A DNA stretch of 64,000 nucleotides from an uncultured Bacteroidales bacterium (lineage in GTDB: Bacteria > Bacteroidota > Bacteroidia > Bacteroidales > VadinHA17). Shown here piece by piece: positions 1-12,233 of this stretch. Made by a program: the position numbers and the translations under genes. The stretch is taken from positions 10,751-74,750 of the forward strand of contig CAVVRY010000018.1 in the NCBI GenBank assembly GCA_963750735.1. The letters are read 5' to 3'. Every line of letters begins with the position of its first letter. The first letter of the stretch is position 1. The notes under the pieces were generated by a model that was not told where the DNA came from, ran no database searches, and was given only the letters and a program-made list of their open reading frames with translations.

Positions 1-493
1 TGGTCAGATTTTCCTTGAATCAGATCTGTTTAATAGCGGTATCCGTCCGGCAATAAATGTTGGTATATCGGTTTCTCGTGTTGGAGGAAATGCACAGATT
101 AAATCAATGAAAAAAGTGGCTGGAACACTGAAACTTGACCTGGCTCAATATCGTGAATTGGAGGCTTTTACAAAATTTGGCTCCGATCTGGATGCAAGTA
201 CTATGGCTACACTGGATAAAGGTGCAAAAAACGTAGAAATCCTGAAACAGGGTCAGTATTCACCTGTACCAGTTGAAAAACAAATTGCTATAATTTATGC
301 TGGCACAAAAGGATTGCTTAAAAATATTCCGATTGAAAGTGTTTCCGATTTCGAAAAGGAATATATTGAATTCCTTGAATTAAAACATAAAAATGTCTTG
401 GATGATCTAAAAGAAGGCAAGCTAACGGAAGAAATTGAAAAAGTTTTAACCGAAACAGCTCTTGACCTAGCATTAAAATTTAAAAAAGATTAA
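1..493 (+). CDS. atpA: F1F0 ATP synthase alpha subunit, C-terminal part (gene starts before the window)
   Basis: The frame from nt 2 reads [56 protein letters not shown], the conserved AtpA C-terminus; atpG follows. Confidence 0.97.
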   Translation, partial: GQIFLESDLFNSGIRPAINVGISVSRVGGNAQIKSMKKVAGTLKLDLAQYRELEAFTKFGSDLDASTMATLDKGAKNVEILKQGQYSPVPVEKQIAIIYAGTKGLLKNIPIESVSDFEKEYIEFLELKHKNVLDDLKEGKLTEEIEKVLTETALDLALKFKKD

Positions 494-520
494 ACTTTTT
501 ATAAAAGACACTCTATCTGA

Positions 521-1399
521 ATGGCAGGACTGAAAGAAATCAGAACAAGAATTGCTTCCGTAACTTCAACACGGAAGATAACATCAGCCATGAAAATGGT
601 GGCTGCTGCCAAGTTGCGCAAGTCACAGGATAAAATAGTACAGTTGCGACCATTTGCCAATAAGCTTGATGAGATACTGTCAAATGTTAGGAGAAGCCTG
701 GAAGGAGAAATAGAAAATCCTTTGATCCAGGACAGGCAACCTGAGAAAGTACTGATAGTTCTGGTAACTTCCAATAGAGGACTTTGTGGCGCTTTGAATA
801 GCAATGCCATAAAAAAAGCACTAAGTCAGGCGAAAGAAACCTATAGCGAACAGTTTAAAAAGGGTAACCTATCATTTTATGCTATTGGTAAAAAAGGCGC
901 AGATTATTTGAATTTGTATAAATATCAGGTGGTTGATATAAACAATGAAATATATGATCACCTCGATTTTGAAAGTGCCGCTGATTTAGCTCAAAAGTTT
1001 ATGAATCAGTTTGTTGAAGGAGAACTCGACCGTATAGATTTTGTTTACAATCAATTTAAAAATGCGGCGGTTCAAAATGTTTTGGCTGAAACTTTTTTAC
1101 CACTAAGTATTGAAGAGGAAGCCGAAAAACCAACTAAGAATTTTGATTCTATCATTGAACCAGATGAGAATTATTTGGTACAGAACTTAATTCCCCGGTC
1201 ATTGAAAACTAAATTGTTTAAGATTTTACTGGATTCTTATACATCTGAGCATGGTGCCAGGATGACATCCATGCATCAGGCCACTGATAATGCAAATGAT
1301 TTGATACGTGAACTTTCATTACATTACAACAAGGCTAGACAGGCATCAATTACCAAAGAACTATTAGATATTGTTGGAGGTGCTGAGGCATTGAAATAA
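521..1399 (+). CDS. atpG: ATP synthase gamma subunit
   Basis: KITSAMKMVAAAK, SNRGLCG, SEHGARMTSM and YNKARQASITKEL motifs. Confidence 0.97.
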   Translation: MAGLKEIRTRIASVTSTRKITSAMKMVAAAKLRKSQDKIVQLRPFANKLDEILSNVRRSLEGEIENPLIQDRQPEKVLIVLVTSNRGLCGALNSNAIKKALSQAKETYSEQFKKGNLSFYAIGKKGADYLNLYKYQVVDINNEIYDHLDFESAADLAQKFMNQFVEGELDRIDFVYNQFKNAAVQNVLAETFLPLSIEEEAEKPTKNFDSIIEPDENYLVQNLIPRSLKTKLFKILLDSYTSEHGARMTSMHQATDNANDLIRELSLHYNKARQASITKELLDIVGGAEALK

Positions 1400-1477
1400 A
1401 AAAGCAATATCTTCGTTTATCATAAATCAGAAATTATTCTTTTTCAATAGAAATCAGTTCTTGTTATTTATCTTGAA

Positions 1478-2452
1478 ATGCATTCAATAGAGGAAACAAG
1501 GGAATATATCGAGAAATCGATAAACAATCTTGAGTTTAATGAGGAGCCAAAAGAGCTTTACGAACCTATTCGCTATGTTTTTGGAACTGGTGGAAAGCGC
1601 TTACGGCCACTTATGACCCTTCTGGCCTGTAACCTCTTTGATGAAAAACTTGAAGGTGCGCTTATTCCTGCTCTTGGATTGGAAATATTTCATAATTTCA
1701 CCTTGTTGCACGATGATATTATGGATGAGGCCGACCTACGCCGCAACCACCCTACCGTACATAAAAAATGGGATCAAAATGTGGCTATTTTATCTGGTGA
1801 TGTTATGGCCATTCTTGCCTATGAATACATAACCAGCTGCGATGTTAAGGTACTTCCTGATGTAATAAAGGTTTTTAACACTACAGCTCGTCAGGTTTGC
1901 GAAGGCCAACAATTCGATATGAACTTCGAAATCCTTACACAGGTATCGGTTGAGGAATATCTGAAAATGATCGAAATGAAAACCTCTGTTTTGCTTGCCG
2001 GATGTATGCAGATTGGTGCCTTAATTGGAGGAGCAAGCAAGAAGGATGCCGAATTCCTTTATAACTTTGGTAGAGATATTGGAATGGCTTTCCAGATTCA
2101 GGATGACCTGCTGGATACCTATGGGGACACAGAGGTTTTCGGAAAAAGAATAGGGGGAGACATACTAGCGAACAAAAAAACCTATTTGCTGATTAAAGCC
2201 CTGGAAAGAGCCGACGAAAAGCAAAATAATATATTAAATGAATTGATAAATGGTTCTGCCGTCGATCCCCAGGATAAAATTGATGCAGTGAAGAATATTT
2301 ATAATGAATTGGAAATCAAAGGCCTTACAAATGACCTGGCAGGTGATTATTTGAAAAATGCTTTGATAAACCTTGAAAAGGTTGAGGTGCCGGAAGAAAG
2401 AAAAGTACACTTGAAACAACTTGCCGACCTTCTTCTAAACAGAGAAAAATAG
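1478..2452 (+). CDS. Polyprenyl diphosphate synthase (IspA/GGPP synthase family)
   Basis: GGKRLRP, first aspartate-rich motif LLHDDIMD..RR, second motif FQIQDDLLD. Confidence 0.92.
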   Translation: MHSIEETREYIEKSINNLEFNEEPKELYEPIRYVFGTGGKRLRPLMTLLACNLFDEKLEGALIPALGLEIFHNFTLLHDDIMDEADLRRNHPTVHKKWDQNVAILSGDVMAILAYEYITSCDVKVLPDVIKVFNTTARQVCEGQQFDMNFEILTQVSVEEYLKMIEMKTSVLLAGCMQIGALIGGASKKDAEFLYNFGRDIGMAFQIQDDLLDTYGDTEVFGKRIGGDILANKKTYLLIKALERADEKQNNILNELINGSAVDPQDKIDAVKNIYNELEIKGLTNDLAGDYLKNALINLEKVEVPEERKVHLKQLADLLLNREK

Positions 2453-2497
2453 AATTTTTCATCAGTTTTATATTTTTGTTGCTTATCTTTTTATAGC

Positions 2498-2944
2498 CTA
2501 TTTAACTTTTTTCCAGCGATTTTGTTCGTTTAATTCTTCAACCATATTCACCAGATCCTTAAGAACTTTTGGACCATCATAATAATCAAGAATCTTCTTT
2601 TCTTTTTCATTTAGCTTGAAATATATATAGGTGGTTTGCAAATCCATAATATGTGCCGAGTATACATCTTTCATTTCAAAAAAGTCTGAATTCAAAAAGG
2701 CTTCCTGAAGTTCTGAGAACTTCTTCTTGCTTATTTTAGTAGTATATACACCAATTTTATCCACATTTTCTTTTCCTTCATAAATGGCTATATGGTTGTT
2801 ATAAATTCTTAATTTGTAAGCAGGGCAATTTCCCATGCAAGGAAGCTTTTCAACGGAAATAACAACGAATGCATTTTCGGTTTGTCTTGTAACAGAGCAT
2901 CCATAGAGAAAGATTAGTCCAAAAAGTAACCAGGGAAATTTCAT
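2498..2944 (-). CDS. Lipoprotein, DUF6438-like domain
   Basis: Lipobox LYGC; conserved PCMGNCPAYKLRI segment typical of DUF6438-like proteins (recognised by eye). Confidence 0.6.
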   Translation of the reverse strand: MKFPWLLFGLIFLYGCSVTRQTENAFVVISVEKLPCMGNCPAYKLRIYNNHIAIYEGKENVDKIGVYTTKISKKKFSELQEAFLNSDFFEMKDVYSAHIMDLQTTYIYFKLNEKEKKILDYYDGPKVLKDLVNMVEELNEQNRWKKVK

Positions 2945-3073
2945 AGTATATACTTTCTCAAATGTATGAATTCAAATGCTTGGGTCCATTGAGTTTCCAA
3001 AATAATTGTATTTTTACTTTTCCTCAAGCAGGGTCAGGCCTGCTTGAAGATAATTATTTTTTGATTGAAGAAC

Positions 3074-5578
3074 ATGAAAAGAATTATAAATAGCATACTA
3101 CTTATATTGATAATTTCAATAATTGGCTTTACAGGATACGGCCAGAAAAAGTATCCTAAATTTATAAAACCTGGGATCCCAATGGTTTGTTATGGCGACA
3201 ACAGGGTTGCAAAAACCTTCATCCCGCCACCTTCAAAGTTTTTAAAATCCCATTCTTTGGAAACCGCTAAGAGTGCAGAAATAATAGTTACCTACAATGG
3301 GTTTACCTCTGATGCGAGGAAAGCTTTTCAACAAGCAGTTGATATCTGGGAAACCCTGATTGAATCACCTGTTCCAATTTATATGGAAGCCAATTGGGAA
3401 GATTTAGGAGAAACAACCCTGGGAAGTTGTTTTTCCAACGGTTATTATCTGGGTCTCTTCGTTGGAGCAAAATTTCCCTTTGCCTATTATCCTATTGCTG
3501 TGTATGAAAAAATGGCCAAAACCGATGTAAACCCTCCTGGTGAACCTGATCTGATTGCTAATTTTAGTTCAACAGCTAGCTGGTATTATGGTTCCGATGG
3601 CCAGACTCCAGCGGGAAAACATGATCTTGTATCTGTAGTCATGCATGAAATTGCCCATGGAATTGGATTTATAGGAAGTATGGGACTTTTGAATAGTAAC
3701 ACAGGAGCTTATGGTTTTGAAAATGGTTTTGTAATAGCATACGATGAATATATTGAGGACCTTGAGGGAGATGCACTGGTCGATACATCAAAATATGATA
3801 ACCCTTCAAATATGTTGTACCAGGCAATGACCAGTGGATCACTTTATTATAACAGTCCGGTTGCCTTATACAATAATGCTGACACCAAACCCAAACTGTG
3901 GGCACCCAACGAGTTTGACCCTGGCTCCAGCATTTATCATCTCGATGAGTTTAAATATTCATCTGGGAATATTAATTCAATGATGACCCCTTCTATTTCT
4001 CAAGCGGAAGCAATTCATGACCCGGGTCCTATTACTTTGGGCATGATGGCTGACTGGGGTTGGATCCATACCTGGATTGAATTTGAACCTTTTGACGATC
4101 GGGAAAGTTTGGATAATCCATTTACATTGCCCATTGAAATCACCAGTGATACAGTGTATTATGCAGACACATCCTTTCTGGTATATTCTTATGACGAATT
4201 TGAAACTACGGATACTATTTGGCTGTCTTCAACTGGTTCAGAAAATAACTTTGAGGCTACTATTCCGGTTGATATAGCTGACCGCACAGTCAGTTATTTT
4301 GTTTCCACTACTGATTATTTTGGACGTGAATTTACTGACCCACCAATGGCTCCCGATTTATTTTATCAGTTTTACGTTGGGCCAGATACTGTCAAACCAG
4401 TCATCGAGCACTTCCCGGTTGAGTTTATTCTGTTCAATAGCGATTCACTAAAAATAAAAGCTGCTGTTACCGATAATCTATTTATCGACAGTGTTTATGT
4501 TGAGTATTTTGTAAATGAAACTTCTCAGACACCCCTGACTATGCAACATGATTCAGTGGATGATTATTCAACATTTATGACATTTGCTGAGGGTACATTG
4601 AATCCAGGGGACTCAATTAGATATAGAATTGTTGCTGTAGATAGTTCGGAAAATGCAAATGTGGCCTTTAAACCTCTTGAAGATTATTATGTGATTCGTG
4701 TTGAAGATATCCGGCAACCACAGGCCGAATACCAGAATGATTTCAATAGCCAATCAGATGACTTTCTGTTCACCGGTTTTTCAATAACAACTCCTGAAAA
4801 TTTCAATAGCGGTGGACTTCATACTGTTCATCCATATGAGAGCCCTGACCAGGATAATCAGAACATAGAATATGTTGCTCAATTGAAAATTCCAATTATT
4901 CTTAAGAATGATGATGCCTTTATGAGTTTTGATGATATAGCCTTGATAGAACCGGGTGAACCTGGCACCAAGTGGGGCGATGAAGAATTCTGGGATTATG
5001 TAGTATTAGAAGGGTCAAAAGATGAAGGGAAAACCTGGAAAAATATTGACACTGGCTATGATTGTAGAAAGTATCCTGATTGGGAAACCAGATATACTTC
5101 AGCAGTTGAGGAAAACAATTCTACTGCTGTTGGAACACCCGACCTATACAAGCCAAACCTCATAAACCTGTTAGGAAATACTTATTTTAGTGGAGGAGAC
5201 ACCATTCTACTTCGCTTCAGGTTGTTCTCTGATCCTTATGCACATGGCTGGGGTTGGGCCATTGACAATCTGAAAATTCAGGGTACTGTTTCAACAGTTG
5301 AGGATGAACGATTTGCTCAGACTGATATAAAAGTTTATCCAAATCCGGTAAGGGATCAGCTATCCATTGAAATTAATAATTTACCACCACAAACAGGTGA
5401 ATATATTATATCAATTCATGATGTTTTGGGAAGGGAAATAAGAACTATTCAGGGAAATACTGGCCAGTCAATTGTAAGGGAGGTGGTTGATATATCAGCA
5501 GTTCCTAATGGATTAATTCTTATAAATTTCCGGTCAGGAAATTATTCAAGTTGGATACGGGTACTAAAAGTGGAATAA
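3074..5578 (+). CDS. Secreted zinc metallopeptidase-like protein with T9SS type A C-terminal sorting domain
   Basis: Signal peptide ending GYG/Q; zincin motif HEIAHGIGF and SSIYHLDE; C-terminal IKVYPNPVRDQLSI..ISIHDVLGR..WIRVLKVE CTD. ATG at 3074 preferred over TTG at 3065. Confidence 0.8.
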   Translation: MKRIINSILLILIISIIGFTGYGQKKYPKFIKPGIPMVCYGDNRVAKTFIPPPSKFLKSHSLETAKSAEIIVTYNGFTSDARKAFQQAVDIWETLIESPVPIYMEANWEDLGETTLGSCFSNGYYLGLFVGAKFPFAYYPIAVYEKMAKTDVNPPGEPDLIANFSSTASWYYGSDGQTPAGKHDLVSVVMHEIAHGIGFIGSMGLLNSNTGAYGFENGFVIAYDEYIEDLEGDALVDTSKYDNPSNMLYQAMTSGSLYYNSPVALYNNADTKPKLWAPNEFDPGSSIYHLDEFKYSSGNINSMMTPSISQAEAIHDPGPITLGMMADWGWIHTWIEFEPFDDRESLDNPFTLPIEITSDTVYYADTSFLVYSYDEFETTDTIWLSSTGSENNFEATIPVDIADRTVSYFVSTTDYFGREFTDPPMAPDLFYQFYVGPDTVKPVIEHFPVEFILFNSDSLKIKAAVTDNLFIDSVYVEYFVNETSQTPLTMQHDSVDDYSTFMTFAEGTLNPGDSIRYRIVAVDSSENANVAFKPLEDYYVIRVEDIRQPQAEYQNDFNSQSDDFLFTGFSITTPENFNSGGLHTVHPYESPDQDNQNIEYVAQLKIPIILKNDDAFMSFDDIALIEPGEPGTKWGDEEFWDYVVLEGSKDEGKTWKNIDTGYDCRKYPDWETRYTSAVEENNSTAVGTPDLYKPNLINLLGNTYFSGGDTILLRFRLFSDPYAHGWGWAIDNLKIQGTVSTVEDERFAQTDIKVYPNPVRDQLSIEINNLPPQTGEYIISIHDVLGREIRTIQGNTGQSIVREVVDISAVPNGLILINFRSGNYSSWIRVLKVE

Positions 5579-5852
5579 TCAATTTTCATATACAAGATAA
5601 ATAAAATAAGGTCTAAATTAGTATCTACTGCTTTGGAGAACATTCTGTCAAATATCTTATCTTAAATCCTAGTCTACTGCCTTAGAGAAACCCCTGTTGG
5701 GATTCTTTAGGTGGCATTGCAACTCAGCAATTTTTTTTGGACTCATAAAATTTACCATAAACAAATTCTATATCCAGTTAATATAAGGATTTGATAATGA
5801 ATATTTTAATTTACAAATTTGATATATATTGTTAATCAAAAACAAATATGTT

Positions 5853-7247
5853 ATGTTACAATTAGTAAAAGACTTAGAACCCTTGAAAATTAAAATTTGG
5901 GCTCACAGATAAGGGGAGAAATAATCTACCCCTGAAGACTCCAGTTACGATGAGGTTCGAAAAGTGTACAATGGAATGATAGATAAACGTCCCGGATTGA
6001 TTGTTAAATGTGTGGATGTTGCAGATGTAATAAATGCCGTAAATTTTGGTAGAGAGAACAACTTACTGGTAGCTGTCAGAGGAGGTGGCCACAATGGTGG
6101 AGGTTTAGGCATTTGTGATGATGGCCTGGTAATTGATTTGTCAGGAATTAAATTTGTACATGTAGATACATGCAGCGAATACAGTGAGAGTCGGTGGCGG
6201 AAATGTTTGGGGAGAAGTGGATCATGCAACCCATCCCTTTGGTTTGGCAGTTCCAGCAGGAATAATTTCTACTACTGGAGTAGGAGGTTTAACACTTGGA
6301 GGTGGAGTGGGTCACCTGTCACGAAAATATGGGCTAACTATCGATAATTTATTAGAAGCGGATATGGTTTTAGCCGATGGCTCATTTGTAACAGTAAGTG
6401 CGAAACAAAATGCGGATTTGTTTTGGGCAATTCGGGGTGGCGGTGGAAATTTTGGCATAGTTACCTCATTTAAATTCCAGGCGCATCCTGTAAAAACTGT
6501 TTACGGTGGACCAACTTTATGGCCAATAGAAAAAACGGAGGAAATTATGAACTGGTACCATGAATTTCATCTTGAATGCTCCTGATGAATTAAATGGCTT
6601 CATCGCAACTCTGATTATTCCTGGACCTCCATTTCCCGAACACCTTCACAACAAACAATTTTGTGCTATTGTATGGTGTTATGCAGGGGATTTAGACAAA
6701 GCTGAGGAAGCTTTTAAACCAGTTTTGGCAATGAATCCGTTTTTTGAACATGGTGGGTGCGATGCCCTACCCATCCATACAGTCTTTATTTGACGGAATG
6801 CTGATTCCAGGGATGCAATGGTACTGGAGAGCTGACTTTTTTAATGAATTAGGACCGGAAGTTCAGGCTCAGCATTTAAAATTTGGGTCAAGCATTCCCA
6901 CACCCCTTTCACAAATGCATTTATATCCAATCAGCGGAGCAGCAAGTCGAGTTGGGAAAGAAGAAACTCCCTGGGCATACAGAGATGCAAATTACTGTGG
7001 AGTAATAGTGGGAGTTGATCCCGATCCTGCAAATGCTGAAAAGATTACACAATGGTGTAAGGATTACTGGGAAGGTACACACGCATATTCATCTGGAGGT
7101 GCTTATTCAAACTTTATGATGGATGAAGGTCAGGAGCGTGTTAAAGCTAGCTATAAACACAATTATGAGCGCCTGGTTAAAATCAAAAACAAATTTGATC
7201 CTAATAATCTTTTTAAGGTAAATCAAAATATTAGGCCAGCTAATTAA
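5853..7247 (+). pseudogene. FAD-binding oxidoreductase (FAD_binding_4 plus BBE domain), broken by about 5 single-base frameshifts (likely sequencing errors)
   Basis: Fragments join into one protein: AVRGGGHN (covalent FAD His), TGVGGLTLGGG, DLFWAIRGGGGNFGIVT, C-terminal NYERLVKIKNKFDPNNLF. Shifts at about 5897, 5930, 6171, 6566 and 6752. Confidence 0.85.
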
Positions 7248-7272
7248 TCAAAGTTATTCATTTCTTATTTGC

Positions 7273-7297
7273 AAGCCAGAGGTATCTCTGGTTTTTT
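7273..7297 (+). terminator. Rho-independent terminator after the FAD oxidoreductase
   Basis: AAGCCAGAG-GTAT-CTCTGGTT hairpin followed by a T-run. Confidence 0.65.
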
Positions 7298-7486
7298 ACT
7301 TTTATATAACACATACATTTCCCGGTTCCTCAGAATACATTGCATAAGGAATTAAAACCTGATTGAAGCTTATTAAGTCATAATAAAGATTGTTGCGCAT
7401 AAGAGCAATGTGATAGCATATGTTCGTTAAAACTTCAAGTAATACACTTTTTGTTACTTTAAAATTTAAAACAGATGAAAAATTAT

Positions 7487-7494
7487 TAAATTTG
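7487..7494 (+). promoter_or_regulatory. Bacteroidota sigma-A -7 promoter element for atpD
   Basis: TAAATTTG matches the TAnnTTTG consensus, about 35 nt upstream of the atpD ATG. Confidence 0.55.
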
Positions 7495-7525
7495 TCGCTC
7501 TGTACCAATTAACAACTTAAATTAA

Positions 7526-9037
<1,512 letters not shown>

Positions 9038-9072
9038 GAAGGCTTTATTTTTATCATTGAAAGAACGATTAT

Positions 9073-9315
9073 ATGTTTCTTGAAATTATAACACCAGAAC
9101 AAACTGTATTTTCAGGCGAAATAAGCCTTATAAAGGTGCCAGGTACCAAAGGTTCTTTTGAGGTACTTAACAACCATGCCCCCATAATTTCAACCCTTGA
9201 TAAGGGCGACATTAAGATTATTACAAGAGGGGATGAGGAAAAACATTTTTCTATTGTAGGTGGAGTTATTGAAGTACGTGATAATAAAATTATAGTTTTG
9301 GGGGACTTTGTATAG
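9073..9315 (+). CDS. atpC: ATP synthase epsilon subunit (short Bacteroidota form)
   Basis: LEIITPE..VPGTKGSFEVLNNHAPIISTL; directly after atpD. Confidence 0.93.
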   Translation: MFLEIITPEQTVFSGEISLIKVPGTKGSFEVLNNHAPIISTLDKGDIKIITRGDEEKHFSIVGGVIEVRDNKIIVLGDFV

Positions 9316-9316
9316 C

Positions 9317-10033
9317 ATGAAAAAATTATTAGCCATCTTTTTTATAATAATTCCATTAATTACAACTGGACAGGAAATGGTATTTATTACTTCCAGCGAT
9401 GGATTGAAGATTACCGCTGATTTTTACCAGTCCGATCCCTTTCAGCCCTATATGATTTTTATGCACCAGGCTCGTTCTTCACGGGGAGAATACAAGGAAA
9501 TTGCACCCAGATTTGTAAAAATGGGTTACAACTGCCTGGTTGTTGACCTCAGGTCAGGGGGTGAAATGAATTATGTTCAAAACGAAACTGCCAGTCGTGC
9601 AAATGAAGAAAATCTACCCAACAGCATGGTCGATGCACGTAGAGATGTTGCTGCAGCCATTGATTATGCATTTAAGGAAAGTGGAAGACAGGTTATATTG
9701 TTTGGATCTTCCTATTCTGCAACCTTAGCTTTGGAAGAATCCAAATCTGATCCCAAAGTTCAGGCTGTAATAGCATTTAGTCCAGGCGAGTATTTCCCTG
9801 GTCACTCGGTTAAAGAAACCTTGAATGGATTAAAGAAACCCTATTTCGTAACAGGCTCTCTGAATGAGCAACCCTATATTGAGGAACTTATGTCTGGAAC
9901 CAACTCAGAAGTAGGAATAATTTTTGCCCCCAAGGATGGTCAGGGCAGGCATGGTGCAAGCACTCTCTGGAAAGAAGAACCTGCTGCATCAGAGTATTGG
10001 TTGGCACTGATAATGTTTATCAGGTCACTATAA
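9317..10033 (+). CDS. Secreted alpha/beta hydrolase (dienelactone hydrolase-like)
   Basis: Signal peptide MKKLLAIFF..TTG/Q; nucleophile elbow GSSYSA; VVDLRSGG; His in GRHGA. Confidence 0.75.
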   Translation: MKKLLAIFFIIIPLITTGQEMVFITSSDGLKITADFYQSDPFQPYMIFMHQARSSRGEYKEIAPRFVKMGYNCLVVDLRSGGEMNYVQNETASRANEENLPNSMVDARRDVAAAIDYAFKESGRQVILFGSSYSATLALEESKSDPKVQAVIAFSPGEYFPGHSVKETLNGLKKPYFVTGSLNEQPYIEELMSGTNSEVGIIFAPKDGQGRHGASTLWKEEPAASEYWLALIMFIRSL

Positions 10034-10104
10034 GCTTTGACTTTCAAGCTTACTCAACTTTTTCAGGTAATTTCCCAATTTCCAATTATTTCATTTTACT
10101 TCTT

Positions 10105-10800
10105 TTAACTGGTATGGCTTATCTTTTCCAGGGCCTCCATGTCTTTTATTTCGAAAGAATTTCCCTCAACACTAACGAACCCCTTTAATTTAAACTCCCT
10201 TAAAATCCGTATAAAACTTTCTTTGGCCAGGGAAGCAATATCAGCAAGGTCCTGCCGGGTTAGATTTGTTGTAAATGAGGGAGAATTGTATATAGCTTTT
10301 GACAAATAAATAAGAGCTTCAGCTACCCGGCCATGCATATTTTTATGCGTAAGTGTAATAAGTTTATCGTGGAGATTGACATGGATTTTATTCAGATAAC
10401 CGATAAATTGCATGGCAAATTCAGTGTTTCCCCTCATAACTTTTTCAAAAGCTTTTATATCAATAAAGCAAACCAGAGAATTTTCGAGTGCCATTACTGA
10501 AAAATGATGTTTGAAATCTGACATAAAACCAGGTCCGCCTACAAGCTCATTTGGCTTTCGAACAGTAAGTAAAAGGTTGTTCTTGTTACTATCTTCAATA
10601 TAAATTTTGAGCAATCCGCTTGTTAGGGCAGCCAAATGGGTTAAGGCACCATTTTGCTTAAAAACCGTTTCGCCAGCATTGAACCGAATTTCATATCGGT
10701 TTTCATCTAAATAAGCTAATTCTTCCTTGTTTAGATAATTGAAAAGGCTCAGTTTAAAGGGGCAATTCAGACAATTTAATTTCTTTGGTTGCTCTGCCAT
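10105..10800 (-). CDS. Crp/Fnr family transcriptional regulator (N-terminal CxxC)
   Basis: N-terminal CLNCPFK, cNMP-binding-like domain, HTH LTRQDLADIASLAKESFIRIL. Confidence 0.9.
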   Translation of the reverse strand: MAEQPKKLNCLNCPFKLSLFNYLNKEELAYLDENRYEIRFNAGETVFKQNGALTHLAALTSGLLKIYIEDSNKNNLLLTVRKPNELVGGPGFMSDFKHHFSVMALENSLVCFIDIKAFEKVMRGNTEFAMQFIGYLNKIHVNLHDKLITLTHKNMHGRVAEALIYLSKAIYNSPSFTTNLTRQDLADIASLAKESFIRILREFKLKGFVSVEGNSFEIKDMEALEKISHTS

Positions 10801-10887
10801 TTTTATTTCAGAAAAAGGGTTAAAGTGCGAATCTAAATAATTTTCAATGATTTACAAATAGATAAATGAAAAATATATACAATCTGA

Positions 10888-10901
10888 TTGATATTTGTCA
10901 A
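10888..10901. promoter_or_regulatory. FNR-type box
   Basis: TTGAT-ATTT-GTCAA (consensus TTGAT-N4-ATCAA, 1 mismatch) in the divergent region between the Crp/Fnr gene and the hexaheme lipoprotein gene. Confidence 0.65.
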
Positions 10902-11056
10902 TATCAGGGTTATAATATATCAGTTTGACTAAGGAAAAAGAATTTTATTTAAAGGACTTATTACACGCCGATTTCTCTTGCTATGACCCGTATATTTAAT
11001 AAAATTGTCATGTTATAAAATTAACAAACGAAAACTATTTCTAACTAATAAAAATT

Positions 11057-12145
11057 ATGATTATGAGAAACCTGAAACTTTTAACTTTTTTACTCGCTGT
11101 ATTAGCTGTATTTGCTATGAGCTGCGAAGGCCCAATGGGACCTGCAGGACAAAATGGTGCTAATGGTACAAACGGTACAGATGGTACAGATGGCGTAGAT
11201 GGCAATATTACTTGCCTGGCATGTCACTCCAGCGATAACATTCAAAGCGTTAAAGAGCAATTTAATCAATCTGTTCACTCAGCCGGTCAAATAGCAGTTG
11301 ACTATGCAGGTGGCCGTTCTTCTTGTGCCCAGTGTCACTCAAGCGAAGGCTTTATTGAGTGGGCTCATAATGGCTCAGTTGCAGAAAACATTGCAGCACC
11401 TAGTGCTTGGGAATGTGCAACATGTCACGGCTTGCATTCAAGTTTTGAAGTGACTGATTATGCATTAAGAGCTGATGATCCGGTTGAATTTATTTTTGAC
11501 GAAACAGTTGTAGCTGATTTTGGCAACAGTAATTTATGTTCAAACTGTCACCAGTCACGTAGAGCTGAGCCAAACGTTTCTGATCCTGGTACTGAATTTG
11601 AAATTACAAGTACACATTATGGACCACATCATGGCGCACAATCAAATGTTCTTTATGGTGCGGGTTTTGCTGAAATAGCTGGTTCAGTTTCCTACCCAGA
11701 CGCAGGATCAGCAAACCATATGGGTGCATCTTGTACAGGTTGTCACATGGCCGATGGTGGCACTGTAACTGATCAAGGAGGTCATACATTTAATCCATCT
11801 CTAAAATCTTGTAATGACTGTCACGGTGCAAGTGATGAGAATTTCAACTATGGTGGCGTACAAACAGCAGTTCATAATCAACTTGAGGAGTTGAGAGATA
11901 TTTTATTGGGTCTTGGAGTTATCGAGGAAGGCATAGAAGAAGTGTATGAACTGAATCCGGAGACCGGTGATATAGAATTAGTAGTATATACAGATGGATA
12001 TCATCCTGTAGTAGGTACTTATCCAATGGAACAGGCTCAGGCTTTCTTTAACTGGGTAGGTCTGGAAGAAGATCGTAGCATGGGTGTACACAATCCAAAA
12101 TATGTTAATGCTTTATTGACAAATACAATTGAAGCTTTACAATAA
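11057..12145 (+). CDS. Hexaheme cytochrome c lipoprotein with collagen-like (Gly-X-Y) linker
   Basis: Lipobox AMSC; GPMGPAGQNGANGTNGTDGTDGVDG; six CxxCH (CLACH, CAQCH, CATCH, CSNCH, CTGCH, CNDCH); C-terminal EEDRSMGVHNPKY resembles c552/NrfA-fold C-termini. Confidence 0.88.
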   Translation: MIMRNLKLLTFLLAVLAVFAMSCEGPMGPAGQNGANGTNGTDGTDGVDGNITCLACHSSDNIQSVKEQFNQSVHSAGQIAVDYAGGRSSCAQCHSSEGFIEWAHNGSVAENIAAPSAWECATCHGLHSSFEVTDYALRADDPVEFIFDETVVADFGNSNLCSNCHQSRRAEPNVSDPGTEFEITSTHYGPHHGAQSNVLYGAGFAEIAGSVSYPDAGSANHMGASCTGCHMADGGTVTDQGGHTFNPSLKSCNDCHGASDENFNYGGVQTAVHNQLEELRDILLGLGVIEEGIEEVYELNPETGDIELVVYTDGYHPVVGTYPMEQAQAFFNWVGLEEDRSMGVHNPKYVNALLTNTIEALQ

Positions 12146-12160
12146 TTGAGAAATAGTGGT

Positions 12161-12191
12161 AAAAAAAAAGCTTCGCGAGAAGCTTTTTTTT
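12161..12191 (+). terminator. Rho-independent terminator (bidirectional-looking)
   Basis: A9-GCTTC-GCGA-GAAGC-T8 hairpin directly after the hexaheme gene. Confidence 0.85.
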
Positions 12192-12233
12192 ATCTTTATA
12201 GTAAAAATTATGTCTTATTTTAATAGAATCAGT

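Noticed and set aside
5620-5710. Two imperfect direct repeats TCTACTGCyTTrGAGAA about 50 bp apart
   Set aside because: Only two degenerate copies with no associated gene or clear structure; too little to call an array or operator.
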